The position numbers were made by a program, and so were the translations under genes. From Octopus sinensis (Eukaryota): a DNA stretch of 64,000 nucleotides. The DNA lies in NCBI RefSeq assembly GCF_006345805.1, contig NC_042997.1, positions 73,656,001 through 73,720,000 of the forward strand, given 5' to 3'. The notes under the pieces were generated by a model. That model did no database searches. It saw only the letters and a list, made by a program, of their open reading frames with translations, and was not told the DNA's origin. Below, in pieces: positions 1 through 13,896 of the stretch. Position 1 is the stretch's first letter. Each line of letters begins with the position of its first letter.

Positions 1-104
1 TTCCTGCTTAATATAAAGAGCCAAAAACATACAACTACTTTGTAAATCCATGCTTGGTGAGGAATTATATTTTTCTAGACACAGAGTATGGTACACATAA
101 GAAA

Positions 105-230
105 ACACACACACACACGCACACACACATACACATACACAAGCATCTATATATATATATACATACATACATACATACATACATACATACATACATACAT
201 ACATACATACATACATACATACATACATAC
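105..230. repeat. (CA)n/(TA)n/(TACA)n compound microsatellite
   Basis: Directly visible; explains the low-complexity ORFs at 54-293. Confidence 0.95.
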
Positions 231-309
231 AAACAAGCATCTAATACACTTGCTTCTTGTTCATACACCTGTCTTCGTCTTTTGTTGTGGTAACCATGTT
301 GCCAGCTTT

Positions 310-545
310 AAGACAATCAATAATCTTTGGCAGATTTGGCAACTAAAGGAGGATAAAACGAAGTACAGCATTAAATGGTCCGTAGTAAGGTATGCAAAAC
401 CATGTAATATAATTTGCAGCAGATCCCATCTCTGCTCCGAGGAATCCCTGTCTATTCTGTGGACTAACGAGAAGATAATTAATAGAATTTCTGAACGATT
501 CTCGAGATACCTACACGCATATAAATGTACTTTTGTACAATGCAA
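310..545 (+). pseudogene. Penelope-like element (Naiad-type) GIY-YIG endonuclease C-terminal remnant
   Basis: Translation ...LWQIWQLKEDKTKYSIKWSVVRYAKPCNIICSRSHLCSEE..IINRISERFSRYLH parallels the C-termini of the PLE copies at about 51.0 kb and 62.5 kb (LSKYIW.LK.....W.I....Y...C.LC..E...R.C.H). Confidence 0.65.
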
Positions 546-967
546 TGAGAATGAATTTTGAGTAACCGTTAACTTAATTTAATTTACTTTAAGGTATGGA
601 TGACTTCAGTTTACTTTTAACGTCCCCATTCTTATAAACACCAAGTAAATAACTAACTCGCTTTGTCATCATAAGTGTGCCAAACCTCACCTGAGCGTAT
701 GCTCACATTTTTGCGGATGCTTGTATGAGCGAGTGTACTCGCGCCATGCAGCTTGCCCGAAGGCGTTTATACATCCATATCTGTTAACGGTTATTTGCAA
801 TACTTTTCTCGCTGGATTGCGTATTCGTTTCTCTTTTTGTCATCTGCGATATTATTTTTGATCTATATAAATGAAGATATTTTCTCCGTCTCGCTGGAAT
901 GTTTCCTCCGTCTAATGGAAAGTTACATTGCGGAACAGTCAATTTAACGAGTTGTATTTATTTATTT

Positions 968-1073
968 ATCACCTGAAGAGATACGTCTGCACCACTGGAT
1001 GCTCCTGAACCAGTTGATGAGTTTCCCATCCAAGAGGAATCGATGCTAGTTGTGTCGAAACAATTGTCGTGAT
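968..1073 (+). ncRNA. Type I hammerhead ribozyme, intact core, enlarged stem II
   Basis: Stem I atcac(968-972)/gtgat(1069-1073); core CTGAAGA 973-979; stem II gatacg(980-985)/tgtgtc(1051-1056); GAAA 1057-1060; palindromic stem III ACAATTGT; GTC triplet ending at C1068; AATAAA just downstream; about 420 nt 3' of a PLE ORF end on the same strand. Confidence 0.72.
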
Positions 1074-1115
1074 TAATAATAAATTCTCGTATGTTTCATC
1101 TTGTCTTTCCTTTGT

Positions 1116-1117
<2 letters not shown>

Positions 1118-1192
<75 letters not shown>

Positions 1193-1357
1193 CTGTGTGT
1201 GTGTGTGTCTGTGTGTGTCTGTGTGTGTGTATACATATATATATACATATGTGTATACATATATATATATACATATGTATATACATATATATATATACAT
1301 ATATATATATATACACACACGCACACACATATATATATATATATATATACATATATA
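1118..1357. repeat. (TA)n/(TG)n compound microsatellite
   Basis: Directly visible. Confidence 0.95.
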
Positions 1358-1479
1358 TGAAGACAAATATTACTTAACATGTAAGGTAAATTCCTGATTT
1401 ATTGGCATTATCTCTGCTTGCAAGGAGTGTATGCCAAACGTTTAGCGGCAGTTGAAACCAAATCCAAATAAGAACGGGA

Positions 1480-1830
1480 GATTATCTGAAGAGCATATAA
1501 TTGTCTAAAACTGTTATACCATTAAGCAAAAAGTTTGATTGTCTTAAGGGTTTATAATTATTCTCATCGTTCCTGAGAAAGACTGAAGAAACAACTGCGT
1601 TCTTTCAAACTTTAACTTAGCTATCTTATTTGAAAAGGAGTCAAATCTGTGAAATTCCTGGATTTAACGGTAGATCTTAACTGCAATACTTACTGCCATC
1701 ACTATAAGCTAATCGAGAACAGGTTATTCGATCTTCCAAATTCAATTAGCAAAATTAGCAATAACTTAATTAGGAGTATTGCTATGAGCATTTCTAACCT
1801 TTCCAATCATAACCTGCCCCTCTTCTTAGA
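1480..1830 (+). pseudogene. Decayed PLE reverse transcriptase thumb region
   Basis: KSVKFLDLTVDLNCNTYCHHYK...ISNLS resembles VNFLDINMNLNKGKFKPYHK (43.7 kb copy) and ANFLDITLNLHNDSYFPYHK (61.6 kb copy). Confidence 0.5.
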
Positions 1831-2445
1831 TCTGTAGCATAATTTATGATGCAAGCAGAGTGTATTTTCTGACTACTCATTACGATTGGATTCATATTTC
1901 AACCCATCTCAGAAAGTTTCAAGATATGGGAAATTTGATATTGTTGGTGGTCAAATTTTCTTGCTACAATTCAGATTCTCCGTTTTAATATGTAATTACC
2001 AACATGCTTGTTAATGAAACTAATTCGATTGATAGGATTTAATTCTCTCACCGGAGAAAATTAAAATTAGATGAACGTATATTTCGCTTGAATTTCAAGA
2101 TGTTATTTATACATAACCTTTTCAATAGTTTTGACTCTTAAGAGTCAAAACTATTGAAAAGGTTGCAAGACGCAACGAAACTTTTAGGAGAATAAAAATA
2201 AGAAAAAAGTGGAAATTTTAACGGTGAGTGTGCTATGTTATAAGGCACAAAAAGAAAATGGATCTCCCAAGGCACAACAGAATATGCTTCAACACACGAA
2301 CTCATATAAAGAACCTTGCAAACCAAATCCCAAAATGATATATAATTATTTATACATGTTTATTTTCAAAAGGTTGAGGTTTGTAAGATGCTGATTTGGT
2401 ACTTTTGCTTTGGCCTGCGTATAAAAGGTTGTTCATTTGATATAT

Positions 2446-2478
<33 letters not shown>

Positions 2479-2657
2479 GTACGTTTAAATATTTGTTGTG
2501 CAAGATTTTTTATGTGAAGTCGTATGTTGAAACAGATATTGTTATATTTCGGAATGGTCATATTGCCAGTTTAGCCAATAAAAACACACGCACTATATAT
2601 TTGGTGTTATTTTGCTTCAGTGTTATTTATTTTTTACATTAATCTTAATCTTATTTC

Positions 2658-2701
2658 GGCCAGAGTTCTTTCGTCACACTCCTGTGACCGCATCAGTGGT
2701 C
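2658..2701 (-). ncRNA. Minimal type I hammerhead-like motif (core variant)
   Basis: Minus strand: acca CTGATGC g gtcac aggagt gtgac GAAA gaa CTC tggc; 5-bp stem II, very short stem III, cca/tgg stem I; A9 position is C. Same strand as, and about 450 nt downstream of, the PLE at 3085-5490. Confidence 0.5.
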
Positions 2702-3084
2702 TTTTGTTTTCTTCTTTCTTATTTGTGTCTCTCCTTACTAACCGTCAACCATTTTGTATTTCTATTGTATGTCTTCATTTGCGCATGCTTATATCTATAT
2801 GTGCGTCTATGTTTATTTAGTGTGTGTATGTGGGGGGATGCCTGTAATATTTGTATCTTCTGTTTATATATGTTCATGTAATTTGTATTTTGTTTTTGTT
2901 GTTTTTTTAATTCTTATTTTGTTCATGCGTTTACATCCACTTATTATTATCATTACATATGCTTGTATGTATGTATAACAACAATACTAGTAATAATAAT
3001 AATAAATCGAATCGAAAAAAAAAATATATATATAGTTATTTATTTCTATTAGTTTATTTATCTGTGTATTTATTATGTTTTCGG

Positions 3085-5490
3085 GATCCTCTATCGTCAT
3101 ATGTTGTGGTGTGTGTTAGTGCTCCATTCTAGTTTTCTATTCAGGCTAGGTTTATTTTCTATTATGAGTGTAGCTTCTGTAATTCTCTAATTGTTGCATC
3201 TGTTCTATGTGTGGACAATATTTTAATTTCTATGTTATTGATTGATCCCCCGTGTTCCTGTTCGGCGTGTTGGTACAGAATCGATGAGCTTTTACCTTCC
3301 TTGAGTTGTCTCCAATGCTCATTTACCCGCTCTCCTATGCTTCTTGCCGTTTCCCCTACGTATGTCGTCTTGTTACTGCATCGTCCCTCTATACATTTTA
3401 TACTATAGACTACATTTCTGGCTTTACAGTTTGTTTGTGGGCTAAATCTACATACAGTACAGTACTTATCCGTACTAAAAGGATAGGTTCTACCAATTAT
3501 AGATTTGATAGGGTTGCCTGGCTTTTCAACAACCTTAATTCTTAGCTTAAGTTTGTCTAGGGTTCTTCTAAAGCGGTACGCCAGTTCACCTCCAGGGGTG
3601 GTGTCAACGAACATGACACTCTGGTATTTATGGCTATCATACCAAGAGTTGGCCTTCCCTATTTTCTTTTTTGTCCTTTCTATAGTGTTCCATGACTTGT
3701 TCCGATAGAGTGGGCAAATCCCATTCCTATCATTACATAATATATTATCAAATTTCTTCATGGCTCCTTTGTATACTCTGATCCTTTCTTTATGGCTGTA
3801 ACCTGAGAACTGCATGCGGTGAATGAAATATTGTATGTGTCTCTTTAACTCTGTGGGCTCGCACATGCGTGACACATTTCTCATTATTCTGACGAGGTCT
3901 GCCATCAAAATATTGAATTTGGCATTGTCCGCAATGGCTGAGTTCCGGTGGATCAAGTATTTTGAGGCCATAGGTTTGGCATAGTATGAATGAAGGATTT
4001 AGGTTTTATTATTTACAATTTCTAGCCAGAGTTCAGTGTCTAGTACTGGTAGTCTATGGTTGGGGTGTTTAGTGGGGCAGTCTATTGTGACCTTAATACT
4101 ATGGTGGATGGAGTTAGCTATTTGCTGGATGCTCTACATAGTATTAGTTTCTATTACTATATCAACATTACTCTCTTGTGGGGGTGCCTTTACCACTATG
4201 TTGATATCATCAACATAGCGAGAGTACATGTTTGCGAGTATGGAGTTCTGTGTTAGGCGTTCTTTAAGCCTTCTGTCCCACCATACCATGAAAAGGTTGG
4301 CCACATCACCAGCGTTACTAACGCCGATGTCTGCCCCCTCGTCCTGGGCATATATTTTATTATTAAACTTAAACGTGTGGCCTTTTAGGGTAACTCTTAT
4401 ACTAGCTCCTAGTGCATGTGCGATCATTTTCTTTATCTGATGGACATTTGCAGGGATGCGTATGGCTCTGGTCCATCCGCGCCATCTTTCTATATGTGTC
4501 TTCCTAGCCATAGAAGTAATTGTGGGCGGTCTACCTCTTAAACACCTACTGGGGCATAAACTACTAAGATTATGTTTATCTAAGTATTCATTATTACATG
4601 TCAGTCTAAGTAGGAGGCCCAGTTCTTCTGTGTTGACATTACGGAACTCCACCTGGTTCTCATTGATCATCTCCACGCACTTCTCCACCGCAAAATCTAC
4701 GTCGATCGATGGATATAGGGATACCACATCCATGCTACCCACCATACATCCTGTCAGGTCACAAGTGTTGTTACAGTCATCGATCCTTCTGAGGAGATTT
4801 TCTGTGCTGTCACAAACATCAGGTGACATCCGGATTATAGGGTGTATGATCATTGAGAGGAAGTAGGAGATTCTGTAATTGCTAGCGATATTCGCTCCAC
4901 AGACTGGTCTTGTTGGTGGTCCTGCTATAGGGGCAGTAATTACTTTATGGTCCTTGCGAAGTCCATACAGTGCCGGGATATCATTGTTCCAGGCTTGGAA
5001 ATTATTTGCTGTACGTTTCTGGGGTCCCAGAACAATTGTCCACATCATCATGTGGGCGTTGAGGACCTTTTCTCTCTCCTCATGCGCCTGTACAGTTGCT
5101 AATTTTGTATTGACGATATGAGGTTGCATTGCCTGGATGTAGTTCGGTAAGCTGTCTATTGACATCCTGCCGGACTTATCTGTGGGAAGGCATACCACCT
5201 CTCCGTTCCTCGTGCGCTGAATGAGCTTATGTAGGCCACATGCAGGTTTAATTCCCGAGTTGATGGGCCTCTGTCTTATACTGTCTCTGTCTCTTAGTGT
5301 ATAATCCTAAAATCTGTCTAAGTTTGGTCCTAGCTATAGTGAACTGTGCTTCCATATGGTCATTAGTATGTCTTGGGATGTAGACTCTTTTGTTGAAGGG
5401 TAATGTTGTTGGATAAATCCGGCTCATGCAGTAAGTTTTGTCACATACGTTGAAGAATTGAGTGTCAAAGGTGTAGGTATACATGTCAAT
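3085..5490 (-). pseudogene. Near-intact Penelope-like element, RT + GIY-YIG (lineage distinct from the Naiad-type copies)
   Basis: ORF 4134-5198 has PTDKSG, LYGLRKDHK, RPVC, SMDVVSLYPSI, GADIG and RYVDDI. ORF 3162-3971 has CTVC..NCKARNVVY and TTYVGET.R...R..EH. The two ORFs are in the same frame, separated by TAG and TAA stops. Upstream PFNKRVYIP segment is frameshifted. Confidence 0.9.
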
Positions 5491-5544
5491 GGTCATTCTA
5501 GGGTTATCTTCATTATCGTTACTGTTTCCATCATCAGCCTCCCT

Positions 5545-5702
5545 ATTATTATTACCACCATTACCACTACTACTATTATTACTATTACCACCACAACTAC
5601 CATCATTACTACTTCTACTGTTACCACCACCACTACTACTACCACTATTATTGTTATTACCGTTATTCATACGAGGCCAAAACAGAAGTACCAAATCAGC
5701 AT

Positions 5703-5772
<70 letters not shown>
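5545..5772. repeat. (ATT/ACC/ACT)n trinucleotide tract followed by (TA)n
   Basis: Directly visible. Confidence 0.9.
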
Positions 5773-5775
<3 letters not shown>

Positions 5776-5954
5776 AAGAAAAAAGACAAGGTAGAAAATG
5801 CTAAAATGATTTTATGGTGAAATACATTTTGTAATGGTTAGTAAGGGTTTCTGTCTTTTCGGCTTTTTCAACTAAGAGTGAAACAAACGTGTATATTAAT
5901 TAGGAAAAATTTGAAATGAAATGATTTGTAAATATTTCCATAGACATTTTCCTT

Positions 5955-6010
<56 letters not shown>

Positions 6011-6149
6011 GTCTTTTCCTTATTGTAGGTCCGTTAGGTAGATAGTAGCAGATCTGAAAAATTGTATTTATGCGTGCAAAGATATATTTGGTTCTGAAGC
6101 TTGATGGTTAAAGCAGCAGCAACCGAAAAAGGAGAAGGCGAACAAGAGA

Positions 6150-6175
6150 CTGGGGAAGAAGAGGAAGAAGAAGAT

Positions 6176-6222
<47 letters not shown>

Positions 6223-6232
6223 AGAAAAAGAA
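6150..6232. repeat. (GAA)n tract
   Basis: Directly visible. Confidence 0.95.
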
Positions 6233-6349
6233 GACAGGGGAGTGGTAACACCCAGTAGTAAAGGCTGTCCGTGAAATCTATTTTATTGGTCAAGTGGCCT
6301 CACAGTGACCTGTTGTGGTTTTAGTCCCAAACCAAAGAATGAAATACAA

Positions 6350-6940
6350 CTAAAAGCCCTACCCTACATATCCACACAGCCCCCTAAATAATGAAGCCTT
6401 CGACACCATCCTCCAGGATATCCCTTTAATAAAAGGGACCATAGACTGTATCAAATCCTTCAAACTCACACCATTATAAAGAGCAAAAGACAGCCCAAGT
6501 CGATGAAAAGTATTCTGTCACAAGCCCAAGTACACTCATCAACAACATTGATACCGACAGTAAAAAAATGCGGAAGACCTAACTGTGGTATATGTATCAA
6601 CCTAATTAAGGCACTGGAGTTCTCCTTCAAATAGAGTCAAAGTTTTACAGAGAAAAACAACTTCACATGTGCTTTGGAAAACCTTTACATGTGCTTCGGA
6701 AAATATGTGTTAACTTGCTCAATGTGTCGACAGCAAATACATTGGTCAAACAGTCTACGCCAGAGGATGAAGGTAATAGATCCCAGATTAAAATACAGGA
6801 ATACGGAAAAGTAGCATTTGCGCCACTAATAAACAACCCAATTTCAGAATTTTTCCCCTCTATAAATTTAGGGACAATGCAACCGATTATAAAATGTAGA
6901 GGAAAGAATCATATTTTATCGCAAAATATAAACCTCTTTT
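6350..6940 (+). pseudogene. Neptune-like PLE linker/GIY-YIG remnant
   Basis: Frameshifted read-through gives RAKRQPKSMKSIL..KCGRPNCGIC..NFTC..YVLTCSMC..YIGQT..RQRM; a Cys-rich zinc knuckle ahead of GIY-YIG is typical of Neptune-type PLEs. Confidence 0.6.
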
Positions 6941-7020
6941 GAATGTTTCCACAACAGATGACGCTACTCCAGGGATCTTGGAATAATACCCACGGAAATA
7001 TTAAAAACAATAGATATATT

Positions 7021-7090
<70 letters not shown>

Positions 7091-7091
<1 letters not shown>

Positions 7092-7260
7092 GTGCAGGAG
7101 TGGGTGTGTGGGTAAATAGCTTGCTTACCAACTACATGGTTTTTCCGGGTTCAGTCCCACTGCGTGACACTTTGGGGAGAGATTTTCTACTATAGCCTCG
7201 GGCCAATTTGTAAGTGGATTTGGTAGACGGAAACTGAAAGAAGCCGTCGTATATATATAT
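7091..7260 (+). mobile_element. SINE family A, 5' half, ending at the internal microsatellite
   Basis: ggtgcaggagtgg..gggttcagtcccactgcg..gatttggtagacggaaactgaaagaagc matches the copies at 13740 and 19035; preceded by (TAGA)n at about 7018-7090. Confidence 0.85.
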
Positions 7261-8399
7261 GTATATATATACAACAGGAAAAATATAGGAAAATGTGTTG
7301 TTGAAAATGCACCCAAATTTCAAAAACTCGTAAATGTTTAAAATACATACCAAACTAGTTTCAACAATATTTTTTGTTTATCAATGGAAAAAATTTATAT
7401 TAGAAAAACATCTTTAAAAGTTTCAAAGTTGACAAACTAAAACGTTTCAATGTTGACAAATTAAAATGTCTCAATGTTGATAAATTAAGATGTTCAAAAC
7501 AGAAGGTGTAAGTTTGAATGTTCATAGCAGTAATAAAATTAAAACTGTATATCAATTTGTTTGAATGTACAAAGTTCATTAGTTTTAGTGGTGGTCGACA
7601 AGTCATTCTGAAAAAGCAGGAGTGAAATGAAAATAGTATCGTGAATTCCACTTTCTTTCACTCATATATCTTATAAACTACAGACATAAAAGAATTCCTG
7701 AAGTAAACCCAATGTTATATACCTCCATACCGTTGATGATATCATACAGCCGAATACTGAGAACGGGCTTTCAACATACTACAATATAGAAATATTACAC
7801 ATTATATGAAGTTTACATTGTCATTAGGAGATCCCGTTGGAGACTCGATCAATAGTGTAAACTTCATAGATTCAAGGTATCCTTGGCCTGGGGAGTAGCT
7901 TGCGGTCTGCCCCTCGTTTGGATGATTTGCTACTTCCGAACTACCAGTGATATCATTTGATATCACTATAATGATTTATTAAGCATGCATCTCTTCCAGC
8001 ATCTGATGATAATGGAGATTCTATCGATGGAAGCACAATCAATGCGCTGAATAATTTCAATTAGTGTTCTGCGTCCGGTGGCACAGGGCAACCTTCCTTC
8101 GCCTCTAGGATTGAGTTCAATACCATACTCAGATCAATGCTGACTGCCTAGTACTAGTATCACACTCTTGCAAGAAACCCTGTACGCCATCGTCTATGTA
8201 TCTATTTTATAACTTGTGAAGTAGTGAGGCTAATAATCAACGTCCAGAAACCGAGGTCTTCTACCATTGGCAGTTTGGTATACTACATCAATCCACCATC
8301 ATTTATATTATAAGAGTAACAACTTATCACCGGTTATCTTTAGATGTCAGGAAACATCATTTCTAAAGACTGCACTTAAAGTGTAGAAACTTAAAGCAA

Positions 8400-8700
8400 T
8401 AGCAAAGAGGCCTACAAAGACTCTTGTATACCCAATGGTCATATTCTTTACTCATGCAAATCAGTCACCACATACTGCAGACATATGAAAGACTTAGGCA
8501 CCTTTAACAACCAGTATCTCTAAAAGATCCCTTGTGTTAACTGGCAAGAAAAGATTATGCACAGACAAAAACAGCACTGGTCCTTACTACTCTGGCATTA
8601 ACTCAGACGACTCGAACATGTAATACACTTGTCTGTCTCACAATCATATCTGCTTGAATCTACTTTGAATAGCAATATCAATCCTTCAAACGTCGAAGAT
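8400..8700 (+). pseudogene. Ancient RTE-like LINE RT C-terminal remnant
   Basis: TTYCRHMKDLGTFNNQYL*KIPCVNWQEKI resembles the RTE motif WTTYRRH.K.L..FH.RCLR.IL...WQDK. Confidence 0.4.
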
Positions 8701-9894
8701 TTTCCTGGTTGCAGTGTAACTGCCGAAGTTTGATAGACGATGTGGACAAACACTTTCAAAATATCTGCAGAAGCGAGAAACGAAATATGTATAATCCGTT
8801 ACATCTGGCCCCTATAACCAAAACCTAACATGTCACGTTTGCAGCCGAAGGTTGTTCGTATCAACACCGTAGACTGGGATGAACAGTTATCAAATGTTCC
8901 GCTTTTACGTGAAAAGAACGGTATCATACAATTCGATGGACAGCACAAATCCAGTATGCAATATAGAAACATAGACAGACTATGAGAAATGGAGATTGTG
9001 TAAGTATAACACCCATATGTTATCATGATCAGTCGATAATCAATACTTGTTCCTGTGACATTCACTTGGAATAATTATACATGGCAAAAGAATTGATTCT
9101 TTAACTGAAAAGATGTATGTAAATATATGTAGTACTCAAAGTAATTACTAATGTAAAACGTGTTATATTTTCTATTGCTATTGGAGGTGAAATAACATCT
9201 AGAGCTAATATTGAAACTTAATAACACTATCTTTGTAAAATCGTTGTACGTGTCTATGAACAACCAAACTGAGGAAAGTGCAAAATATATATTTTCTATA
9301 ATGAAATCAATACTATACAAACTTGTGTCAATTTTTTACACTTCTCTCGTTGATTCTTGAATAAAGACTGGAACACTTTTGAACATAGATTTATTCAATT
9401 AAAGCAGGAATATAAATAACAAGCACAATCGATTAGAACACCTGTAAAGTTCAAATATTTGCTGTGAAGCATTTTTCTCTCTAGATTTTCAGTTATATGC
9501 CCAGGTAAACTATCTGGAAAATCATGGCATTATCTACAGTTTTCTACATTTGTGCACCTAATATATTCTAACACCTTCTAAATTATATTTTGCATTTGGT
9601 AGTGTGCTTTTGAAATTACTGATTGTGTCAATGGCGAATTAAATTATTTTTAAAACATACAAAAACCGAAACATGCATTTTAATTTGGGGAGTTTCCATA
9701 ACAGAAAATTTAATTTAGAAAAATGGCCAAATAAATTGCATAAAACATTTGTTACTGAAGTAGTGCAATTTCAACATCAAACGGTTTATTTTAATATCGT
9801 AAACGAAAATTATTTCTTTTGTCAGAAGTGAATTATAAATTATCGTCATAGTCTCCTTTAATTTTGAATAGTTTCTAAAACTTTTAATGAACAT

Positions 9895-9925
<31 letters not shown>

Positions 9926-9993
9926 TTGTGCACGCACTCACACATACATACACACATAAACACACACTAACACACACACATACATATATATAA

Positions 9994-10051
<58 letters not shown>

Positions 10052-10778
10052 CATAAATTATTAGAGAGTTATCCACTATGTGGATAACTCTAGTGCTAAA
10101 AATAGCTCCGAAGCAACCACAGAAGATCCGTTTCCAACTAGAATCAACACACATTTAACTGAAGGAAAGTGAAACACAACGAATAAAATAGATTGACTCT
10201 ATACAATTGTTTCATTACTAATGCAATATGTAGTTTTACTTACACTTGCATCCATAAATCTTCGGTAGAGTTTGTCAGAAATGCAATTAATTAGATCGAT
10301 TCGAGCGTCAAAAACACGAGCGGTCCAACCAATTACATTATTAGTTATGTCTCAAATTCCGCGCCAAAAGCATGCCTAGACTCCATTGGAAACGTATGCC
10401 GCATCAAATAAAATATTAACTGTTATTTATATATATATAAATAACTGTAATTTACCATAGAAATAAGAGAATTCATGAACAAGATATAAAAAGTATTAGT
10501 ATTTTGAATGATATCTTTCTAACTTTACAATTGCAATTCCTTGTTATACGAAGTAAAACAGATGACTTAAAATCATTCTGGAGTTGAATATTTTACAATT
10601 CATCCATCAAAAGAAATTATTTCAAATAAACATGGAAATATCACCCAAAGAGTGTTGAGTATTCTTCCGGAACAGGAATTTTCGCTACTGAAACTGAAGC
10701 TCCTTTATGTAGGATATGAAGGATGAAGATCTTTAAAAGCAGTTATCGTTGTTTCAGGTACACATTACAAAGCAATAC

Positions 10779-10841
<63 letters not shown>

Positions 10842-12045
10842 TACACTGCTTCAAACATGCACACTAATAACTACTAAGTCAATGAGACATTTATTGAAAT
10901 TCCTGAGAGGTAATATTGCTTAGGTTTTTAGTTGTAACAATCACGGCCGAACTCATACTGGAGTAGCGTCTTTGAAGTGCGAAACATATGTTAATATTAT
11001 AAAACCATTGCAGCAACATAAGAGGATGCCCATATCAGGATTGGGTTGAAGAGAAGATGAACATACGTACATTTACAACTATTTGTATGGAGATATTAGA
11101 TAGAATATGAATAGAATATTCCTTGTATCCTCTATGAGTGCTTTCAAATAAGATAATATTTGTCGTCCTAAAGTAATAAAAAAGATCGATTCTGAAAAGA
11201 TGGCAACAAATATGGGGATACTCGTTAGCTGTAGATTGCATAATTTCCGTTTAACAAACAAAATTATAACGTTTAAAATCATAAAGTATTTATTCTTTTT
11301 GCTACGACACAATGTAAACCTCCCTGGCGCCTCAATGAAATGGAATTGGCTTGGAATGATAGTACAGCAAATTATATATTCATGACGTATAGATTTATAT
11401 AATTCACTGAAATTATCCATCAAATGAAGGCTTTCACATATCTACCAAAGTACAAACATAGTTTCTTTTCATGTGTGAAAATATATTTGAGAGGTGTGTA
11501 TGACGACTGTGGTGAGTGATGTATATTACTGTCAAGTAAGAAGTAACAACAGGTTTCTACAACTACAAAGTGTCAAGTATTAAAGAGAGGAAGCACACTG
11601 AGCTAAGTAAAATACTATAATAGTTTAAATATAATAAAAGTATAAAATATATTATTCTGGATTAGAGCTAGAGTATTATGCAATACTTTAATACATACAT
11701 TCAGAAAGTATTAAAGTACTTTAACACACGCTCACACACACACACGCTCACACACAGTCACTCACTCACACGCACACACACACACACACACAGTATGCAG
11801 TGAGACAGGAAGATAGGCAGATAGGCAGATAGACTGATAAATTGGCACACAGAGAGACAGTTTGACACATAAACAGGCAAACATACATATTCTTTTATAT
11901 GCTAGTTTCAATTATTGAAGTTAGGTTATAATGCCCTCATCTGGGACACATTTCTCTCCAGTACATATTATATTGATTTCTGTCAGTTTGTCACTCAGTT
12001 TGCCCGATTATCAGCTTGTTTGCCTACGTCTATATATTTGCATAT

Positions 12046-12082
<37 letters not shown>

Positions 12083-12342
12083 TGCATACTCCAGTCATAC
12101 TTTTTGCTACATTTATCATAATTTTATGGCTATTTTATTTCAGTCCTTAGTCGCCATGTTTTTACCTTTTGACCCTGAATGATGCAAACTAATGCACTGT
12201 TTGTACACTAACACAGATTCGCCACATATATGCAGATACATTTTGCCTACCAAACTGCACTGACAAAGTGCATTCAACTGTAATCTTATAACTTCAAAGG
12301 GAAATTCTAAATAACATGGCCATGTCTGCAACTCTCCCTCCA

Positions 12343-12380
<38 letters not shown>

Positions 12381-13739
12381 CTCTCTAAGCCTCAGAATTA
12401 GGAAGTTTTACTGTGTAAATCATGAGGGTAAAAAATTAGAATAATTTATTACCAGTAGTTTGCATGCGTAATAAAACTTATAAGACAACATATTTTCATA
12501 TATAAGAATGTATAAAGATATATACACAAAGAGAAGGCCGATAGCAGGACTTCTTACATCCTAAAAAGGGCATTCAAACCCTACCACGAAAATATCATTC
12601 TAAAGGCACGCCGATAAAGCACTAGAATGAAAGAATTATTATTTTTAGTTACTTTTATACTCGAGTTTCCCTATTAATGAGCAAATATATATAACTTTAA
12701 GTCACTTTTGTTTTTGTGTGGCTATTTTATGTATGTGTGTGTACGTGTAAAAATGTTGGTGTTTGGATTTGAAATATATCTTATAGTTTGATATTTGTGC
12801 AAGTTTATCAATGGATCGTTTTAATCTATTTTATAACTAACACAGATACGCATTTAACACCCTAACTGGAAAAACTGAACAAAATTTGGAATCTAAAATT
12901 CGGATATCGAATGAGTTTGTAAGAGCCTACAACAATACATAATATTTACCACTTTTGCAAATATCAGAAAAAATATTGTAGTCCTCAATGGAAATATCCT
13001 CAATCGTTTATAAGTAACATTTTTTATGCCAGAAAAAATCACGCTTGATTTTGAATATTTAAACTAAATACACTGCATAGGCGTTCTCAAAGAAGAAAAC
13101 AATTTATTGACGCTTGACACTGACAACACGAATATTTTTTTAAAATTTTAATATTTACAAGCAGAAATACCCGTCGTTGACTGGGTTCAGAAAGAGCCTT
13201 CAAAGTTTGTACCCTGATTTATGAAAGTTACTACTTTGATATTATTGAATGTTTTGCAGCGGAATATCTGCAAGCTCTTATTGCCAGGCTTCGGCCCAAA
13301 ATAGCTACGATATAGCCTAATATACTATTAAACTCAGTACTCGTTTATCCTAATAAAAATATTGTTCCCAATCATGTAGATGATAAATCTCTATGCATTC
13401 TTATACCAGTTTTTTGTGTAAAAGAGGTTCTTCCAGGTATAATCATGGTTGTATACAAACTTCTTATTCTTTATCTCAATATTCCGATTTATAAATTGAA
13501 GCAACCATTACATAGACATCAGTATTTGCATATATAATGCAAGTAAATAAAACCTTGAGGAAAATTATAAAGACATACATATTGCAATGTTTATTCAAAC
13601 AAGGACGTGGCCGCATAAACATATAAATAGTTTTTTTTTAAATAAAAAAATGTAAAGCAATTAGAAATGAAAAATGAGAAATAATTAAAACTCTGAAACA
13701 TGATGATATATGAAGAATTTCAAGAAAAAAAATTATATA

Positions 13740-13857
13740 GGCGTAGGAGTGGCTGTGTGGTAAGAAGCTTGCTTACGAACAACACAGTTCCGGGTTCAAT
13801 CTCAAAGCCTTGTGAGAGAATTTGGTAGACGGAAACTGAAAGAATCTCGTCGTATAA

Positions 13858-13896
<39 letters not shown>

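Noticed and set aside
2200-2400. Possible GIY-YIG continuation of the 1.5 kb PLE remnant (LQHTNSYK)
   Set aside because: Similarity too weak, with no YIG motif recoverable.
5248-5694. Gly/Asn/Ser-rich N-terminal domain fused to the PLE ORF
   Set aside because: The low-complexity part is a trinucleotide tract next to (TA)n; frame continuity is likely chance.
10065-10091. Perfect 12-bp hairpin agagttatccac-tat-gtggataactct
   Set aside because: Real but short, with no further context to assign a role.
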